Counted from the stretch's first letter, positions 1 through 10,645 are shown. The stretch is 64,000 nt of DNA from Abditibacterium sp. (GCA_965199495.1 CBDASK010000003.1:2176001-2240000); one strand, 5' to 3'. Program-made: numbers and translations. The notes: a model not told the origin generated them from the sequence alone.

Positions 1-374
1 CCAGCCACGCCGCGCGCGTGTTCGCGCGCTTTGGCCGTCAGGTGCTTATGAAAAACGTAAGACCAACCGAATTTCTCGGCTTCCGATTGGTAGTTCGTCG
101 CCGCGACAAACTGCGCCCACTGCGCAATCGTGACGGGCGCGATGCCGATTTCAAATGGTTCGACAAACGCGCGGCGCACTGGCCCTTCGGCGTCTTCGGG
201 GCGCGCGACGCCCTTGCGGTCTTCGCCCATCCAAAATTCGCCGCCGGATAAGGGTTTCAAGCCCAGATCGAATTCGGCGGGCGCGCGTTTCTCGGTCGAA
301 GCGGAGCCAGAGCAAGACGGCGTGGCTGCATCCGCGGGGCGGGCGGGCGCGCAACACGATTGGCGGGAATTCAT
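1..374 (-). CDS. Formylglycine-generating enzyme (SUMF1/FGE-sulfatase family), 5' part; runs off the window
   Basis: Not in the ORF track. Manual translation from ATG at 374: MNSRQSCCAP...GGEFWMGEDRKG...EDAEGPVRRAFVEPFEIGIAPVTIAQWAQFVAATNYQSEAEKFGWSYVFH, matching the FGE N-terminal pattern (F-x-M-G...E-x-P...V-T...F). Confidence 0.85.
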   Translation of the reverse strand, partial: MNSRQSCCAPARPADAATPSCSGSASTEKRAPAEFDLGLKPLSGGEFWMGEDRKGVARPEDAEGPVRRAFVEPFEIGIAPVTIAQWAQFVAATNYQSEAEKFGWSYVFHKHLTAKAREHARGVA

Positions 375-424
375 GCGTGGAAGTATCCGATATTTTGTTT
401 CGACAAAATGGCTCGGCTCAAGAT

Positions 425-932
425 TTAATCGAGCCACCATTCATAAAGATTGCCGGGATCGAAGAGAAAAATTAAAACCGAAATTATCGTCAGCCCGATG
501 AAAATGCGGCGCCAACTCAGGGGAAATTTGGGTTTGGCCGCGAAAAATAGCGCGATAAAAATAATCATCCACGCGCCGGAAAACGCGTCGAGATAATCAA
601 CGATGCGATAGAGCGCATCGTATAATGGCGTGGCCGAACCAATTTTTCGGATCGTCCGCCATCACTTGCGGCCAATGGCCGCTAAGATGTTGAAGTTCGC
701 GCGCCAAAAAGAGTAATCCCAAATTGGGTAAAATCGGCCACAAACTTAAAAGCGACATCAGCGCGATTAAACCCGGCGTCGCTTTCTTTTGTGGCGAGTG
801 GAACAGCAAACACGCGCCGCCAATTCCCACGATTAAGCTCACCAATGGCAGGAAATCTTGCCAGTCGGTGAAGTCGAAACTCAAGAATATCAGCAGCGGA
901 CGAAACAGCAGCAAAACAAGCGAGAACAACAT
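425..932 (-). pseudogene. Membrane protein, apparently frameshifted near 621-632
   Basis: ORF 597..932 is hydrophobic. A second frame continues LYDALYRIVDYLDAFSGAWMIIFIALFF...LYEWWLD* to a stop at 425-427. Confidence 0.5.
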
Positions 933-1089
933 CGGACGCTCAGCTTACGGGAAAATTTTCGGGGCGTCAAACGCGAAACGTCGGTTTCTTGGCGAATTTT
1001 ATATGGCGCGTCAGCGAGTCGGACGAGTTCAACCTGAGAAAACGGACAGCCCCAGAGAACTGGCGCGCCAATTGACGGTCTCAGCTTTT

Positions 1090-2046
1090 GTGAAGCGAAA
1101 TCTGTTGTTTGTGCCGCTAACGCTCTGCCTTGTCGGGTGCAACGCGGACGTGAAAGGCGCGGCGCCAAATGCTAACGCGAATGTAAACATGAAGACGCAA
1201 GTTTTAACGTCGGGCGAAGAAATCGAGCATGGCGTGTGGCGCAGCGAAGTTGTCTTGCCCGTCGGCGGCGATGCGCCGCGCGCGTGGGTTTATCGGCCTG
1301 CGGCGGCGCTAAAAGTCGGGACGAAAAAACATTTCCCCTGCGTTTTCATCGCGCCCGCCGGAACCGACGTGACGGGCGGCGCAGCGTTGCGCGACGACGA
1401 GCGCGCTACCCATATTCCCTACGTGCGCGCTGGAATGATTGTCGTGGCCTACGAAATTAACGGTTTATCGAACGATAAAGCCGTCGCCGCGCGCGATTTT
1501 TGGAAGGCCAATTTCGGTTTAGATAACGCCAACGCCGCGATTTCATGGGCACTAAAAAACGTGCCGCACGTTGACCCGTCGCGTTTGTTTGCCGTCGGCC
1601 ATTCGTCGGCGGGCGCCTTGGCGCTGGAGGTCGCGCAACACGACGCGCGCATTCGGGCGTGCGCGGCCTATGCGCCCGCGTGCAATTTCGTGTGGCCCGA
1701 TCCGGGCGGCAGCGTTTTGGACATCGCCGCGCGCGAAGACGACGAAGTGCCCGGATTTTCGAGCGCATTGCGCGCGATTATGCCGCAAAGCAATTTGAAT
1801 TCGCTGAAATGTCCGCTCTTTCTGTTTTGCTGCGACGACGATAATGTCGTCAACCCGCTCGAAGTGCGCGGCTTTGCGGCTTCCGAACAAACGGTGGGCA
1901 AAAAAGTGACGTTGCTACGCCGGCCCAACGGCGGCCACGTCCGGGGCATGAAACAAAACGGCATTCCCGCCGCGATTAAATGGCTTCAGGAATTTCACCA
2001 TCAGAAAAAGATCGTTGCCGAAGTGGAGCCATCCGAAAATAAATAA
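1090..2046 (+). CDS. Lipoprotein alpha/beta hydrolase (S9 peptidase/esterase-like)
   Basis: GTG start at 1090 gives a lipobox (LCLVGC), nucleophile elbow GHSSAG, and Asp (DDNVV) and His (GGH) triad candidates. Confidence 0.8.
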   Translation: MKRNLLFVPLTLCLVGCNADVKGAAPNANANVNMKTQVLTSGEEIEHGVWRSEVVLPVGGDAPRAWVYRPAAALKVGTKKHFPCVFIAPAGTDVTGGAALRDDERATHIPYVRAGMIVVAYEINGLSNDKAVAARDFWKANFGLDNANAAISWALKNVPHVDPSRLFAVGHSSAGALALEVAQHDARIRACAAYAPACNFVWPDPGGSVLDIAAREDDEVPGFSSALRAIMPQSNLNSLKCPLFLFCCDDDNVVNPLEVRGFAASEQTVGKKVTLLRRPNGGHVRGMKQNGIPAAIKWLQEFHHQKKIVAEVEPSENK

Positions 2047-2055
2047 AATGAAATT

Positions 2056-3027
2056 TTATGCGCCCGCGCTTTCGCTGGCCGTCGCGCGCGCGAAATCTTC
2101 GCCCGCGTGATAACTGCTGCGCACGAACGGGCCGCTCGCCACCATCTCAAAACCCATCGCTTCGCCGATGACGCGCAGTTCATCAAATTCGGCGGGCGGA
2201 ACATAGCGCGCGACCGGCAAATGGCGCGGCGTCGGGCGCAGATATTGGCCAATCGTGATGAAATCCACGCCGTTGGCTTTCAAATCTTTCAACACTTCGA
2301 CGACCTGTTCCTTGGTTTCGCCCAAGCCCAACATTAAGCCGCTTTTGGTTTTGATTGTCGCATCGAACTCTTTGACACGGCGCAAAAGTTCCAGACTGCG
2401 CTCGTATTTGGAGCCGGGGCGCACCCATTTATAAAGCGACGGCACGGTTTCGATGTTGTGATTATAAACATCGGGCCGCGTGGCAGCCACGGTGAGCAAG
2501 TCGTCCCATTTGCCGCGCCAATCGGGCGTGAGAATTTCGACTTTGGCGTCGGGCAATTCGGCGCGCACGCGCTCGATGGTTTCGACCCAGTGCGCCGCGC
2601 CGCCATCGGGCAAATCGTCGCGGTCAACCGACGTAATCACGACATACTTCAAGCCCAACTTCGCCGCCGAACGCGCGACGCGCGCGGGTTCAGATTCTTC
2701 CAAGGCTTCGGGTTTGGCGGTCGAGACGTTGCAAAATCCGCAGTTGCGCGTGCAGTGTTCGCCGCCGATCATGAAGGTCGCGGTTTTGTGGCTCCAACAT
2801 TCGCCGATGTTGGGACAGCGCGCCTCCTGACAAACCGTCACGATGTCGTCCTCGCGTAGCATCGCGTCGGTCGCGGCCATCTGGCGAAATTTGCCCGCTT
2901 TGGTTTTGAGCCAATCGGGGAGTTTTTCGGCGTTGGGCAAATCGCGGTGCGCGTTGTTGGCTCCGGCGCGCCACGCGGCGCGGGCTTGACTTCCGTCTTC
3001 CAGACTTTCCAGCGAAATAAGTTGCAT
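2056..3027 (-). CDS. lipA: Lipoyl synthase
   Basis: CQEARCPNIGEC, CTRNCGFC (radical SAM) and RSSY motifs. Confidence 0.97.
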   Translation of the reverse strand: MQLISLESLEDGSQARAAWRAGANNAHRDLPNAEKLPDWLKTKAGKFRQMAATDAMLREDDIVTVCQEARCPNIGECWSHKTATFMIGGEHCTRNCGFCNVSTAKPEALEESEPARVARSAAKLGLKYVVITSVDRDDLPDGGAAHWVETIERVRAELPDAKVEILTPDWRGKWDDLLTVAATRPDVYNHNIETVPSLYKWVRPGSKYERSLELLRRVKEFDATIKTKSGLMLGLGETKEQVVEVLKDLKANGVDFITIGQYLRPTPRHLPVARYVPPAEFDELRVIGEAMGFEMVASGPFVRSSYHAGEDFARATASESAGA

Positions 3028-3121
3028 TTGGTGCAAAGTCTAACGATTGGGCGGGCGCCGTGGCTGCATCGGCGCGCGGGCGAATTGGATAATGCTGTTT
3101 CGGTTGGAGAAGATCGCTGAG

Positions 3122-3306
3122 GTTTATCCCTCACCCGACCTCGCACGGCTCGGTCACCCTCTCCCGGCTCGGTCACCCTCTCCCGGAGGGAGAAGGTTAT
3201 TCGCTCGCAAACGGCAGAGAGCTTTCTTTTACGCTAAAGCGCCAAAATAACCTTCTCCCTCTGGGAGAGGGTGACCGAGCCGTGCGAGGTCGGGTGAGGG
3301 ATAAAC
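3122..3306. repeat. Paired inverted element, CCCTCTCCC family, with an internal 19-bp tandem duplication (3147-3184)
   Basis: GTTTATCCCTCACCCGACCTCGCACGGCTCGGTCACCCTCTCCC...GGGAGAGGGTGACCGAGCCGTGCGAGGTCGGGTGAGGGATAAAC. Confidence 0.9.
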
Positions 3307-3315
3307 GTCGCGTTT

Positions 3316-4083
3316 TCAACTCACTAACGTTTCCGCGCCATCAATCCAGATCGGCGAACCGGTGATATGCTCGGAATTAGAACTCGCCAAAAACAGTGCC
3401 AATTGCGCGACCTGATTGGAGACGCCTTCATTAAGCGGCGTGCGGCCTTTGGGATATTTCACCGGCAAACCGACTTCTTTCACGTCTTTGGCAATCGTCG
3501 AATCGTCAATTTGCGTGTCAATGGCGCCCGGACAAATCGCGTTGATGCGCACATTGTGCAGCGCGAACTCGACCGCCAACGATTTGACCAAAACGACTTG
3601 GCTGGCTTTGGTGCAGGAGTAAGCGATGCGCTCGCCTTTGAAAACGCGCGTGCCATTGACGCTGGATGTGACCAAAATGCTGCCGCCATTCTTCTTTAAG
3701 TGCGGAAAGGTATATTTCAGCGTCATGAAAGTGCCCTTTAAATTGATGTCAATCGTTTTAGAGAAATCTTCGTCCGATATTTCTTCGATGGGCGCCCACA
3801 CGCCGTTAATTCCGGCGTTGGCGAACACGATGTCAATGCCGCCAAACGCTTTGATCGTCGCAGCCACGGCGCGTTGAATGTCTTCGGATTTGGCAATATC
3901 GGCGTCAATGGCGATGGCCTGACCGCCGGTTTCGGTGATCTCGTCGGCGGTGCGCTGCACTTCTTCGAGCGTGCGGCTGATGCAGACGACTTTGGCGCCT
4001 TCCTGCGCGAATAGCAAGGCCGAGGCTTTGCCGATGCCCGAACCGGCGCCGGTGATGAACGCGACTTTATCGTGGAGTTGCAT
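3316..4083 (-). CDS. SDR family oxidoreductase
   Basis: TGAGSGIG, NAG and YSCTK motifs. Confidence 0.95.
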   Translation of the reverse strand: MQLHDKVAFITGAGSGIGKASALLFAQEGAKVVCISRTLEEVQRTADEITETGGQAIAIDADIAKSEDIQRAVAATIKAFGGIDIVFANAGINGVWAPIEEISDEDFSKTIDINLKGTFMTLKYTFPHLKKNGGSILVTSSVNGTRVFKGERIAYSCTKASQVVLVKSLAVEFALHNVRINAICPGAIDTQIDDSTIAKDVKEVGLPVKYPKGRTPLNEGVSNQVAQLALFLASSNSEHITGSPIWIDGAETLVS

Positions 4084-4119
4084 AGTTGGGCTGCTTTTGT
4101 TTCGACTTGCGTGCCAGTG

Positions 4120-4869
4120 TTACGGCGTGCTGCGGTCGCGCACGATGTTGAGTTGCAAATCGTTCACATCCAAATTAGTATAGGGCGCGAATTCGGGCGA
4201 ACTTTGCGTGGTAAACGACGGGTCAACATCGAAACGTTGGTCGTTGGTTTCGTCCATGTTATCGGTGCGGCGCGTGGCAGCGATCTGAAAATCAATGATC
4301 GGCGTCGAGGCTGTGGCTGGGCCAAACGAATCAATCGGTTTAATGCGATTGTCTTGCGCCGAACGCAAAATCGTGGATGTGGTGACGAAGTTCAAATCCA
4401 AACGGTCGGGCGCCAAGTTCGCCGCGCTACGTGGCAAGAAGAACGTGCCGTTGCCCAGTCGCGCGTCCAAATCGAGCGTGAATTGGATGCCGTTTGTCGT
4501 GGCGCGTGGCTGCACAAAAAACGGCGAATCCAAAACCTGCCGTTCGGTCGCTGGGTCTTTCGGATCGGTGCGATAGAACACCTGAAACTGGTTGAGATGA
4601 TAAATCACCGCCAGCCGAAAATTGCCGCCGACGACGCCGTTGAGAACCGATGTGTTGCCCAGAATGGCGACCGGCCCGACGCCATCGCCGGTTTGGTCAT
4701 CGAAAGCCACGGCGTAGTAAAAATTGGGGTTAATCGGGCCGACCGTTGTCAGATTAACTTCGAGACGATTGGCCGAATTGGTCGTCGGGCCAGTTCCGCG
4801 CGGGTCGTTGGCACAGCCGGAAACGAGTAAAATCGCGGCGAGAGCGGCGAGAGAGAAGGTGAATTTCAT
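4120..4869 (-). CDS. Hypothetical lipoprotein
   Basis: Signal peptide with lipobox LVSGC; typical codon usage. Confidence 0.75.
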   Translation of the reverse strand: MKFTFSLAALAAILLVSGCANDPRGTGPTTNSANRLEVNLTTVGPINPNFYYAVAFDDQTGDGVGPVAILGNTSVLNGVVGGNFRLAVIYHLNQFQVFYRTDPKDPATERQVLDSPFFVQPRATTNGIQFTLDLDARLGNGTFFLPRSAANLAPDRLDLNFVTTSTILRSAQDNRIKPIDSFGPATASTPIIDFQIAATRRTDNMDETNDQRFDVDPSFTTQSSPEFAPYTNLDVNDLQLNIVRDRSTP

Positions 4870-4928
4870 GTGTGGTCAATGGTTGACAGTGGGGGATTGT
4901 AAAAGTTTGAGTTTCTGCGAACAGGGAA

Positions 4929-5058
4929 ATTTGTCGTCCGTAGAGACACCGACCGGGTGCCCCCTGGGCGGATGTCTAAAACGTTAGATTTGCCGTGACG
5001 TTATGGGAATGCCAGCCTTTTTAGACACGACAAGTCGGTGTCTCTACGGACGACAAAT
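4929..5058. repeat. GTAG-type REPIN-like inverted pair (variant)
   Basis: ATTTGTCGTCCGTAGAGACACCGAC...GTCGGTGTCTCTACGGACGACAAAT. Confidence 0.85.
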
Positions 5059-5076
5059 GTCCCTGTTCGCATCAAC

Positions 5077-5871
5077 TCAAACCTTGACCAACACCGCGAA
5101 ACTGCAATGCACGAGCGCGTGCGTGAAAAACGCGGGCACAAACGATTTCTCGCGCCAGCATAATATTCCCAAAACCAAGCCGCCGCCAAACGCGCTAATC
5201 ATTTCGGCTTGCGGTTTTCCCGTGTGCGCGAGGCCAAAACAGACCGCGCCGATGCCAATCGAGGCCCACGGCCCAAATCCCTGCGCCATGCCGAACAAGC
5301 CGAACCCGCGAAAAAACCATTCCCAGCAGAACATATAAATCGTCAGCGAAATTAGCAGCCACGCCCACTCGATGGCGTTGGTTGTCGGCGGCAAATAAGT
5401 CGCATAGGAATCGCGCACGTCGGGCATTCGCGAGAAATAAAAGATGAATGGCAGCATCACAACCCACAAAATTAACGCGATTTTGAGATGTTTGCGCCAA
5501 TCCGACCATCGCCAACCGTAATCCCACGCGTTATGTTTTTGGTCGCGGAGCCAATCTTGATGCACCAAGCCTTGGCCGAAAAGCATCCACACCATGCCGA
5601 GGGGCAACGCGAAATTAAATAAAACGCTGGTATAAACCCAGCGATTCCACTGCGGCCCAATGTCGCCGATGGGGCTGCGCCACTGCGCCCATGCGAGCAA
5701 ACCGCCGATAACCAAAACGCAGGCCGAGCGCAACCATCCGGTCGCGAACGTTTCGTCGTCTTCCCATGTCGCCGTTTCATCAACAAGCACATCGGGCGCG
5801 AGGATGTCGGCGGTTTTGTGCGCGGGGATTTCGGACAAATTTTCGGGCGAAGACGGATTATCGAAGGCCAT
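5077..5871 (-). CDS. CPBP/Abi family intramembrane metalloprotease
   Basis: WEWFFRG (variant of EExxFRG), FGLAH and THALVH motifs; multiple TM segments. Confidence 0.9.
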   Translation of the reverse strand: MAFDNPSSPENLSEIPAHKTADILAPDVLVDETATWEDDETFATGWLRSACVLVIGGLLAWAQWRSPIGDIGPQWNRWVYTSVLFNFALPLGMVWMLFGQGLVHQDWLRDQKHNAWDYGWRWSDWRKHLKIALILWVVMLPFIFYFSRMPDVRDSYATYLPPTTNAIEWAWLLISLTIYMFCWEWFFRGFGLFGMAQGFGPWASIGIGAVCFGLAHTGKPQAEMISAFGGGLVLGILCWREKSFVPAFFTHALVHCSFAVLVKV

Positions 5872-5957
5872 ATATAAGGGAAAACGAATTGCTGAGAATA
5901 GCGCTGGAGAGGTAACCTTGTAAGAGGGCGCACCTTTTGTGGCGCGCCCGAAAAATC

Positions 5958-7148
5958 ATGTTATCGGAACGAATTAACCGCATTCAACCTTCGCCGACTT
6001 TAGCGGTTTCGGCCCGCGCCAAAGCGATGCGCGCGGCAGGAAAAGACGTTTTGTCGTTCGATGTCGGAGAACCCGATTTCGACACGCCCCAACACATCAA
6101 AGACGCGTGTATCGCGGCGCTGCAAAACGGCGATACCAAGTATACCGCCGCTCCCGGCACGCCCAAATTACGTCAGGCCATCGCTGACAAACTGGGGCGC
6201 GAAAACGGCTTGGAATACAGCTTCGATCAAATCGTGGTTTCGTGCGGCGGCAAGCATTCGCTGTTCAACATTTTTCAATCGGTGATTAATCCCGGCGACG
6301 AAGTTTTGATTCCGACGCCGTATTGGGTTTCGTATCCCGACCAAGTTTTGCTGGCGGGTGGCGTCCCGGTTTTTCTGCCAACGACGCAGGAAAGCGGCTT
6401 CAAAATCTCGCCCGCCCAATTGGAAGAATGTCTCCAAGAACATCCGGGCGCGCGCGCGTTCGTGATGAATTCGCCGTCGAATCCGAGCGGCGCGGTTTAT
6501 CCGCCCGACGAATTGAAAGCGCTGTGCGAAGTGTTGGACAAATATCCCGACGTTTTGGTGATAACCGACGAGATTTACGAACACATGGTTCACGCGCCCA
6601 ACACGCAATGGAGCATGGCGAAGTTTTCGCCCGAATTCCAAAAGCGTTGCGTCATTGTGCAGGGCGTTTCAAAAACGTATTCGATGACTGGCTGGCGCAT
6701 CGGCTGGACGGCTTCGACTGGGGAACTCGCCAAAGCGATGGGCAAACTGCAATCGCAAAGCACCTCGAACCCGACGAGTTTCGCGCAGGCGGGCGCCGTG
6801 GCTGCTCTTGAGGGGCCGCTACCGACCGAAATGCTGGAAACGTTTCATCGTCGTAGCGGCATTATGCGCGAACTGTTGAAAGATGTGCCCGGCTTTGAAG
6901 TACCCAAACCCGAAGGCGCGTTTTATCTGTTCCCCAAAGTTTCGGGCGTCTTCGGGAAAATGGTCGCCGGTGGGAAACAGATCAATTCGGCGCAGAATTT
7001 GACCGATTACCTGCTGGAAACGGCGGGCGTCGCGTGCGTGCCGGGCGAAGGTTTTGGCGCCCCCGAACACGTTCGATTTTCGTATGCGGCTTCGCTCGAA
7101 GACATCAAAGCGGGCGTCAATCGTATTTTGCAAGTGTTGCCGGAATAA
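5958..7148 (+). CDS. Aspartate aminotransferase (class I/II PLP aminotransferase)
   Basis: GEPDF, NSPSNPSG, DEIY and SKTYSMTGWRIG motifs. Confidence 0.95.
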   Translation: MLSERINRIQPSPTLAVSARAKAMRAAGKDVLSFDVGEPDFDTPQHIKDACIAALQNGDTKYTAAPGTPKLRQAIADKLGRENGLEYSFDQIVVSCGGKHSLFNIFQSVINPGDEVLIPTPYWVSYPDQVLLAGGVPVFLPTTQESGFKISPAQLEECLQEHPGARAFVMNSPSNPSGAVYPPDELKALCEVLDKYPDVLVITDEIYEHMVHAPNTQWSMAKFSPEFQKRCVIVQGVSKTYSMTGWRIGWTASTGELAKAMGKLQSQSTSNPTSFAQAGAVAALEGPLPTEMLETFHRRSGIMRELLKDVPGFEVPKPEGAFYLFPKVSGVFGKMVAGGKQINSAQNLTDYLLETAGVACVPGEGFGAPEHVRFSYAASLEDIKAGVNRILQVLPE

Positions 7149-7152
7149 CGAC

Positions 7153-7255
7153 AGGGACAAGTGGCAGGGAGCAAGGAACAAGGCAGAGATTTTACTTGGC
7201 CGGTTAATTTTAAATTCTCCTTTCCTTGTTGCTTGCCCCTTGTGCCTTGTTCCCT
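7153..7255. repeat. Inverted pair built from heptamer tandem units (NNNCAAG/CTTGNNN)
   Basis: GGACAAG TGGCAGG GAGCAAG GAACAAG ... CCTTGTT GCTTGCC CCTTGTG CCTTGTT. Confidence 0.75.
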
Positions 7256-7276
7256 TAAAAAAAGGAAAAATTAAAA

Positions 7277-8410
7277 ATGAGCGATAAAAAACCGTCTGGA
7301 TTGGAAGATGTCGTCGTAGCGCAATCGTCAATTTGCTATATTGATGGCCAACGCGGGCAACTGGTGTATCGGGGCTACGATATTGACGATCTCGTCGAAA
7401 ACGCCTCGTTCGAGGAAGTCGCGTGGCTTTTGTGGCACGGCGATTTGCCCACACAAACCGAGTTGGACGGCCTCAAAACCGACCTCGCTCATTCGATGAT
7501 CTTGCCGCAGCATTTGCTCGATTTGCTGCACACCTTGCCGTTCGATGCCAACCCGATGCGCGTTTTGGCGATTGGCGCCGCCGCGATGGGCACGCTCGAT
7601 CCCGCCGCCGATGACATGAGCGGCCCAGCCAACAACGCCAAAGCCGTGCGATTGACCGCGCAGTTGCCGCTGATTATGAACGCGTGGCATCGCATCAGTT
7701 CGGACATGGAGCCAATTGCGCCCGACGTGACCAAATCGCTCGCCTACAACATGCTTTATTGCATGAACGGCGAAGTGCCCGATCCGTATGCTGTTGAGAC
7801 GATGGACGCCGCGCTGATTTTGCACGCCGACCACGAACTCAACGCCTCGACATTTTCGGCGCGCGTGACGGCAGCCACGTTGTCCGACTTGCATTCGGCA
7901 GTTGTCAGTGCGATTAACACGCTCAAAGGCCCGCTTCATGGCGGCGCCAACGAAGCTGTAATGAAAATGCTCGAAGAGATCGGCGAGGTCAGCCACGCCG
8001 CCGACTATGTCGAAAACGCGGTGGCGAACAAAAAGAAAATCATGGGATTTGGCCATCGCGTTTACAAGGCCAAAGACCCGCGCGCCGTGATTTTGGAGCG
8101 CATGAGCGAAGAGTTGGGCAAACGCGCGAACAACACCAAATGGTTCGAGATGACGCACGCCGTCGAAGAGGCGTTTCAGCCCAAAGTCGCCGCGAAACAG
8201 TTGTTTCCCAACGTGGACTTTTACAGCGCCTCGGCGTATCAGGTCATGGGCATTCCGCACAGTTTGTTCACGCCGATTTTCGCCTGCTCGCGCGTCGTCG
8301 GCTGGACGGCGCACTTGCTCGAACAATACGCCAACAATCGCTTGTTCCGTCCGTCGAGCGATTACATCGGCGCAACTGGACGCAAATACGCGCCGATTGG
8401 CGAGCGGTAG
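7277..8410 (+). CDS. Citrate synthase (short type) or 2-methylcitrate synthase
   Basis: HADHELNAST, GPLHGGAN, GFGHRVY and FPNVDFYS motifs. Confidence 0.95.
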   Translation: MSDKKPSGLEDVVVAQSSICYIDGQRGQLVYRGYDIDDLVENASFEEVAWLLWHGDLPTQTELDGLKTDLAHSMILPQHLLDLLHTLPFDANPMRVLAIGAAAMGTLDPAADDMSGPANNAKAVRLTAQLPLIMNAWHRISSDMEPIAPDVTKSLAYNMLYCMNGEVPDPYAVETMDAALILHADHELNASTFSARVTAATLSDLHSAVVSAINTLKGPLHGGANEAVMKMLEEIGEVSHAADYVENAVANKKKIMGFGHRVYKAKDPRAVILERMSEELGKRANNTKWFEMTHAVEEAFQPKVAAKQLFPNVDFYSASAYQVMGIPHSLFTPIFACSRVVGWTAHLLEQYANNRLFRPSSDYIGATGRKYAPIGER

Positions 8411-8413
8411 TCA

Positions 8414-8455
8414 AAGAGGCGAGAGAGACGACTTGTCTTTCTCGCCTCTTCTTTT
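8414..8455 (+). terminator. Probable intrinsic terminator
   Basis: AAGAGGCGAGAGAGAC...GTCTTTCTCGCCTCTT hairpin followed by T-rich tract after the citrate synthase stop. Confidence 0.65.
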
Positions 8456-8468
8456 ATCTTCAAATAAA

Positions 8469-8687
8469 ATGTCGTTATTCAAGAAAAAAGCGCCCGTCGA
8501 ACAGCGCCCCGATTTGGTGGCGCTCCGTCTGCGCGAAGCCGAACTCGTCGCGCAACAACGCGCGTTGGAATCCGAGTTTTTGGACACAGAAGATATTGAG
8601 CGCAGCAACGAAATCACGGCGGAAATCAACGATTTGAATGCGCGCATCGGCGTGTTGCGCGACAAAATCGGCGAGTTCCCGGTTTGA
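8469..8687 (+). CDS. Small coiled-coil hypothetical protein
   Basis: 72-aa ORF from ATG 8469 with a heptad-like charged pattern. Confidence 0.65.
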   Translation: MSLFKKKAPVEQRPDLVALRLREAELVAQQRALESEFLDTEDIERSNEITAEINDLNARIGVLRDKIGEFPV

Positions 8688-8728
8688 ATTTGCGCGGGTT
8701 AAACTAAAGAATAGGAGGAATCATAATC

Positions 8729-9208
8729 ATGGCAACTTTAACCGCAGTTGATCCGCTTGTTGAAGAGTTGATGCGAACCGAAGGCAAAGCCGAAATTGTT
8801 GGCGGACGCGTCGTCCTATTGACGGATGAATATATTCCTCTGGGCGCGGTAACGAAATAGCAGGCAACGATAATAATTGGGAATTCGCTTTCTGCTCATC
8901 GAACAAGCAACACAGACGGAGACGAAACCCCGTCGCCAGTTTTGGCCGTCGAAGTGCGCTCCGAGAACGATTATGGGCGCCGCGCCGAAGCCGCGATTAC
9001 TCAGAAAATCGCGGATTATTTCGCGGCGGGCACCCTCGTCGTGTGGGACGTTGATTTGCGCAACGACGAAACCATCGCCAAGTTCACCGCGCCCGATGCG
9101 GATAATCCGCAAATCTTTCGGCGCGGCGACGTGGCTAATGCGGGCGACGCCGTGCCCGGCTGGACGTTTGAAGTGAACGCGCTGTTTCCCGCGACGCGCG
9201 CCAATTAA
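8729..9208 (+). pseudogene. Uma2 (DUF820) family endonuclease pseudogene
   Basis: SD AGGAGG and ATG 8729 (GKAEIVGGRVV), in-frame TAG at 8858-8860, then LAVEVRSEND...KIADYFAAGTLVVWDVD...VPGWTF in the same frame. The central PD-motif segment is missing. Confidence 0.8.
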
Positions 9209-9309
9209 AATTGGGTTTTCCAAAAATCGCTCGTGCTTTGCGTGGGCGATTTTTTCACGTTTGTCGTGCGGTATTCAAGGCACGCGAGTTGCGAAACCGA
9301 ACCGCAAAT

Positions 9310-10590
9310 ATGGCCATTCTCGAAAAAGACAACACCGCGCGCCCTCATGTCGTCATTATTGGCGGCGGATTCGGCGGACTTTACGCGGCGCGCACGCTCG
9401 CCAAACATCCGGTTGACATCACGATTATTGATCGCGACAATTATCATCTGTTTCAGCCGCTTTTGTATCAAGTTGCGACTGCCGCGCTTTCGACGGGCGA
9501 CATCGCGTCGCCGATTCGCTCGATTCTGCGCAAGTTCAAAAACGTGCGCTGCATCATGGCCGAAGTCACCGACATTGACCTCGACGGCAACCGCATCATG
9601 ACGCGCGATGGCGATTATCATTACGATTATCTCATCAACGCGGCGGGCGCGACCAAAACTTATTTTGGCCACGACGAATGGGAAAAATATGCGCCCAGCC
9701 TCAAAACGATGTCGGACGCGCTGGAAATTCGGCGGCGGATTTTCTGCGCCTACGAAACCGCCGAGCGTTTGCCCGAAGAATCGGACGAGCGCGATGCGTA
9801 TCTCACCTTCATTTGTATCGGCGGCGGCCCGACCGGCGTGGAGATGGCCGGTTCGATTGTCGAGGTTGCCACGCAAACTTTGAAGGCGGATTTTCGTTCG
9901 ATTGACCCGCGCAAAACGCGGGTGATTTTGCTGCAATCGGGCGACCGCATTTTGCCGGAATATCCCAAAGATTTGTGCGATAGCGCGCGGCGACAGTTGT
10001 TGGAATTGGGTGTCGAAGTGCGCACTCATTCGCGCGTGACTGACATCACCAAAGACGGCGTTTACTGCGGCGAAACCTTTATTCCGTGCAAAACCGTGGT
10101 GTGGACGGCGGGCGTGGCGGCCTCACCCATCGGCGCCAAAATGGGCGCCCCAACCGACAAAGGCGGACGCGTCGTCGTCAACGCCGATATGAGCGTGCCC
10201 GGCCATCCCAATGCCTTTGTTATCGGCGATTTGGCCAGTTTCAACCACGGGCCAAAAGGACAATTACCCGGCATCGCGCCCGTCGCGATTCAGATGGGCG
10301 TCGCCGTGGCTCGTAACATCGTCGCCGAAGTTGACGGCCAGCCAATGAAAGATTTCGACTATTTCGACAAAGGCCAAATCGCGACCATCGGGCGCAACTC
10401 GGCGGTCGGCCTGCTGTTTGGCGTTCACGCCAAAGGCTTCATTGCGTGGCTGATGTGGCTGTTGATTCACATCTACTTTCTCGTTGGCTTCGAGAACCGA
10501 GCCTTCGTGATGTTCAACTGGATTTACTCGTATTTGTCGTATAACCGCTCGGCGCGCTTGATTACCGATGTCGGGCATCCGAGCGATTGA
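9310..10590 (+). CDS. ndh: Type II NADH dehydrogenase
   Basis: GGGFGG, HLFQPLLYQVAT, GGGPTGVE and IGD motifs. Confidence 0.93.
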   Translation: MAILEKDNTARPHVVIIGGGFGGLYAARTLAKHPVDITIIDRDNYHLFQPLLYQVATAALSTGDIASPIRSILRKFKNVRCIMAEVTDIDLDGNRIMTRDGDYHYDYLINAAGATKTYFGHDEWEKYAPSLKTMSDALEIRRRIFCAYETAERLPEESDERDAYLTFICIGGGPTGVEMAGSIVEVATQTLKADFRSIDPRKTRVILLQSGDRILPEYPKDLCDSARRQLLELGVEVRTHSRVTDITKDGVYCGETFIPCKTVVWTAGVAASPIGAKMGAPTDKGGRVVVNADMSVPGHPNAFVIGDLASFNHGPKGQLPGIAPVAIQMGVAVARNIVAEVDGQPMKDFDYFDKGQIATIGRNSAVGLLFGVHAKGFIAWLMWLLIHIYFLVGFENRAFVMFNWIYSYLSYNRSARLITDVGHPSD

Positions 10591-10597
10591 GAATTAT

Positions 10598-10642
10598 AAA
10601 AACAGAAGCGCGGCCAACAATCGCTGGCCGCGCTTCTGTTTT
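10598..10642. terminator. Bidirectional terminator
   Basis: AAAACAGAAGCGCGGCCA...TGGCCGCGCTTCTGTTTT between convergent genes. Confidence 0.8.
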
Positions 10643-10645
10643 GCT

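Noticed and set aside
724..1089. N-terminal extensions in track ORFs (hydrolase, mutS 16267-16359, 24172-24354, 49935-50273, 38632-38742)
   Set aside because: They overlap other genes or repeats; downstream starts give proper signal peptides or family N-termini.
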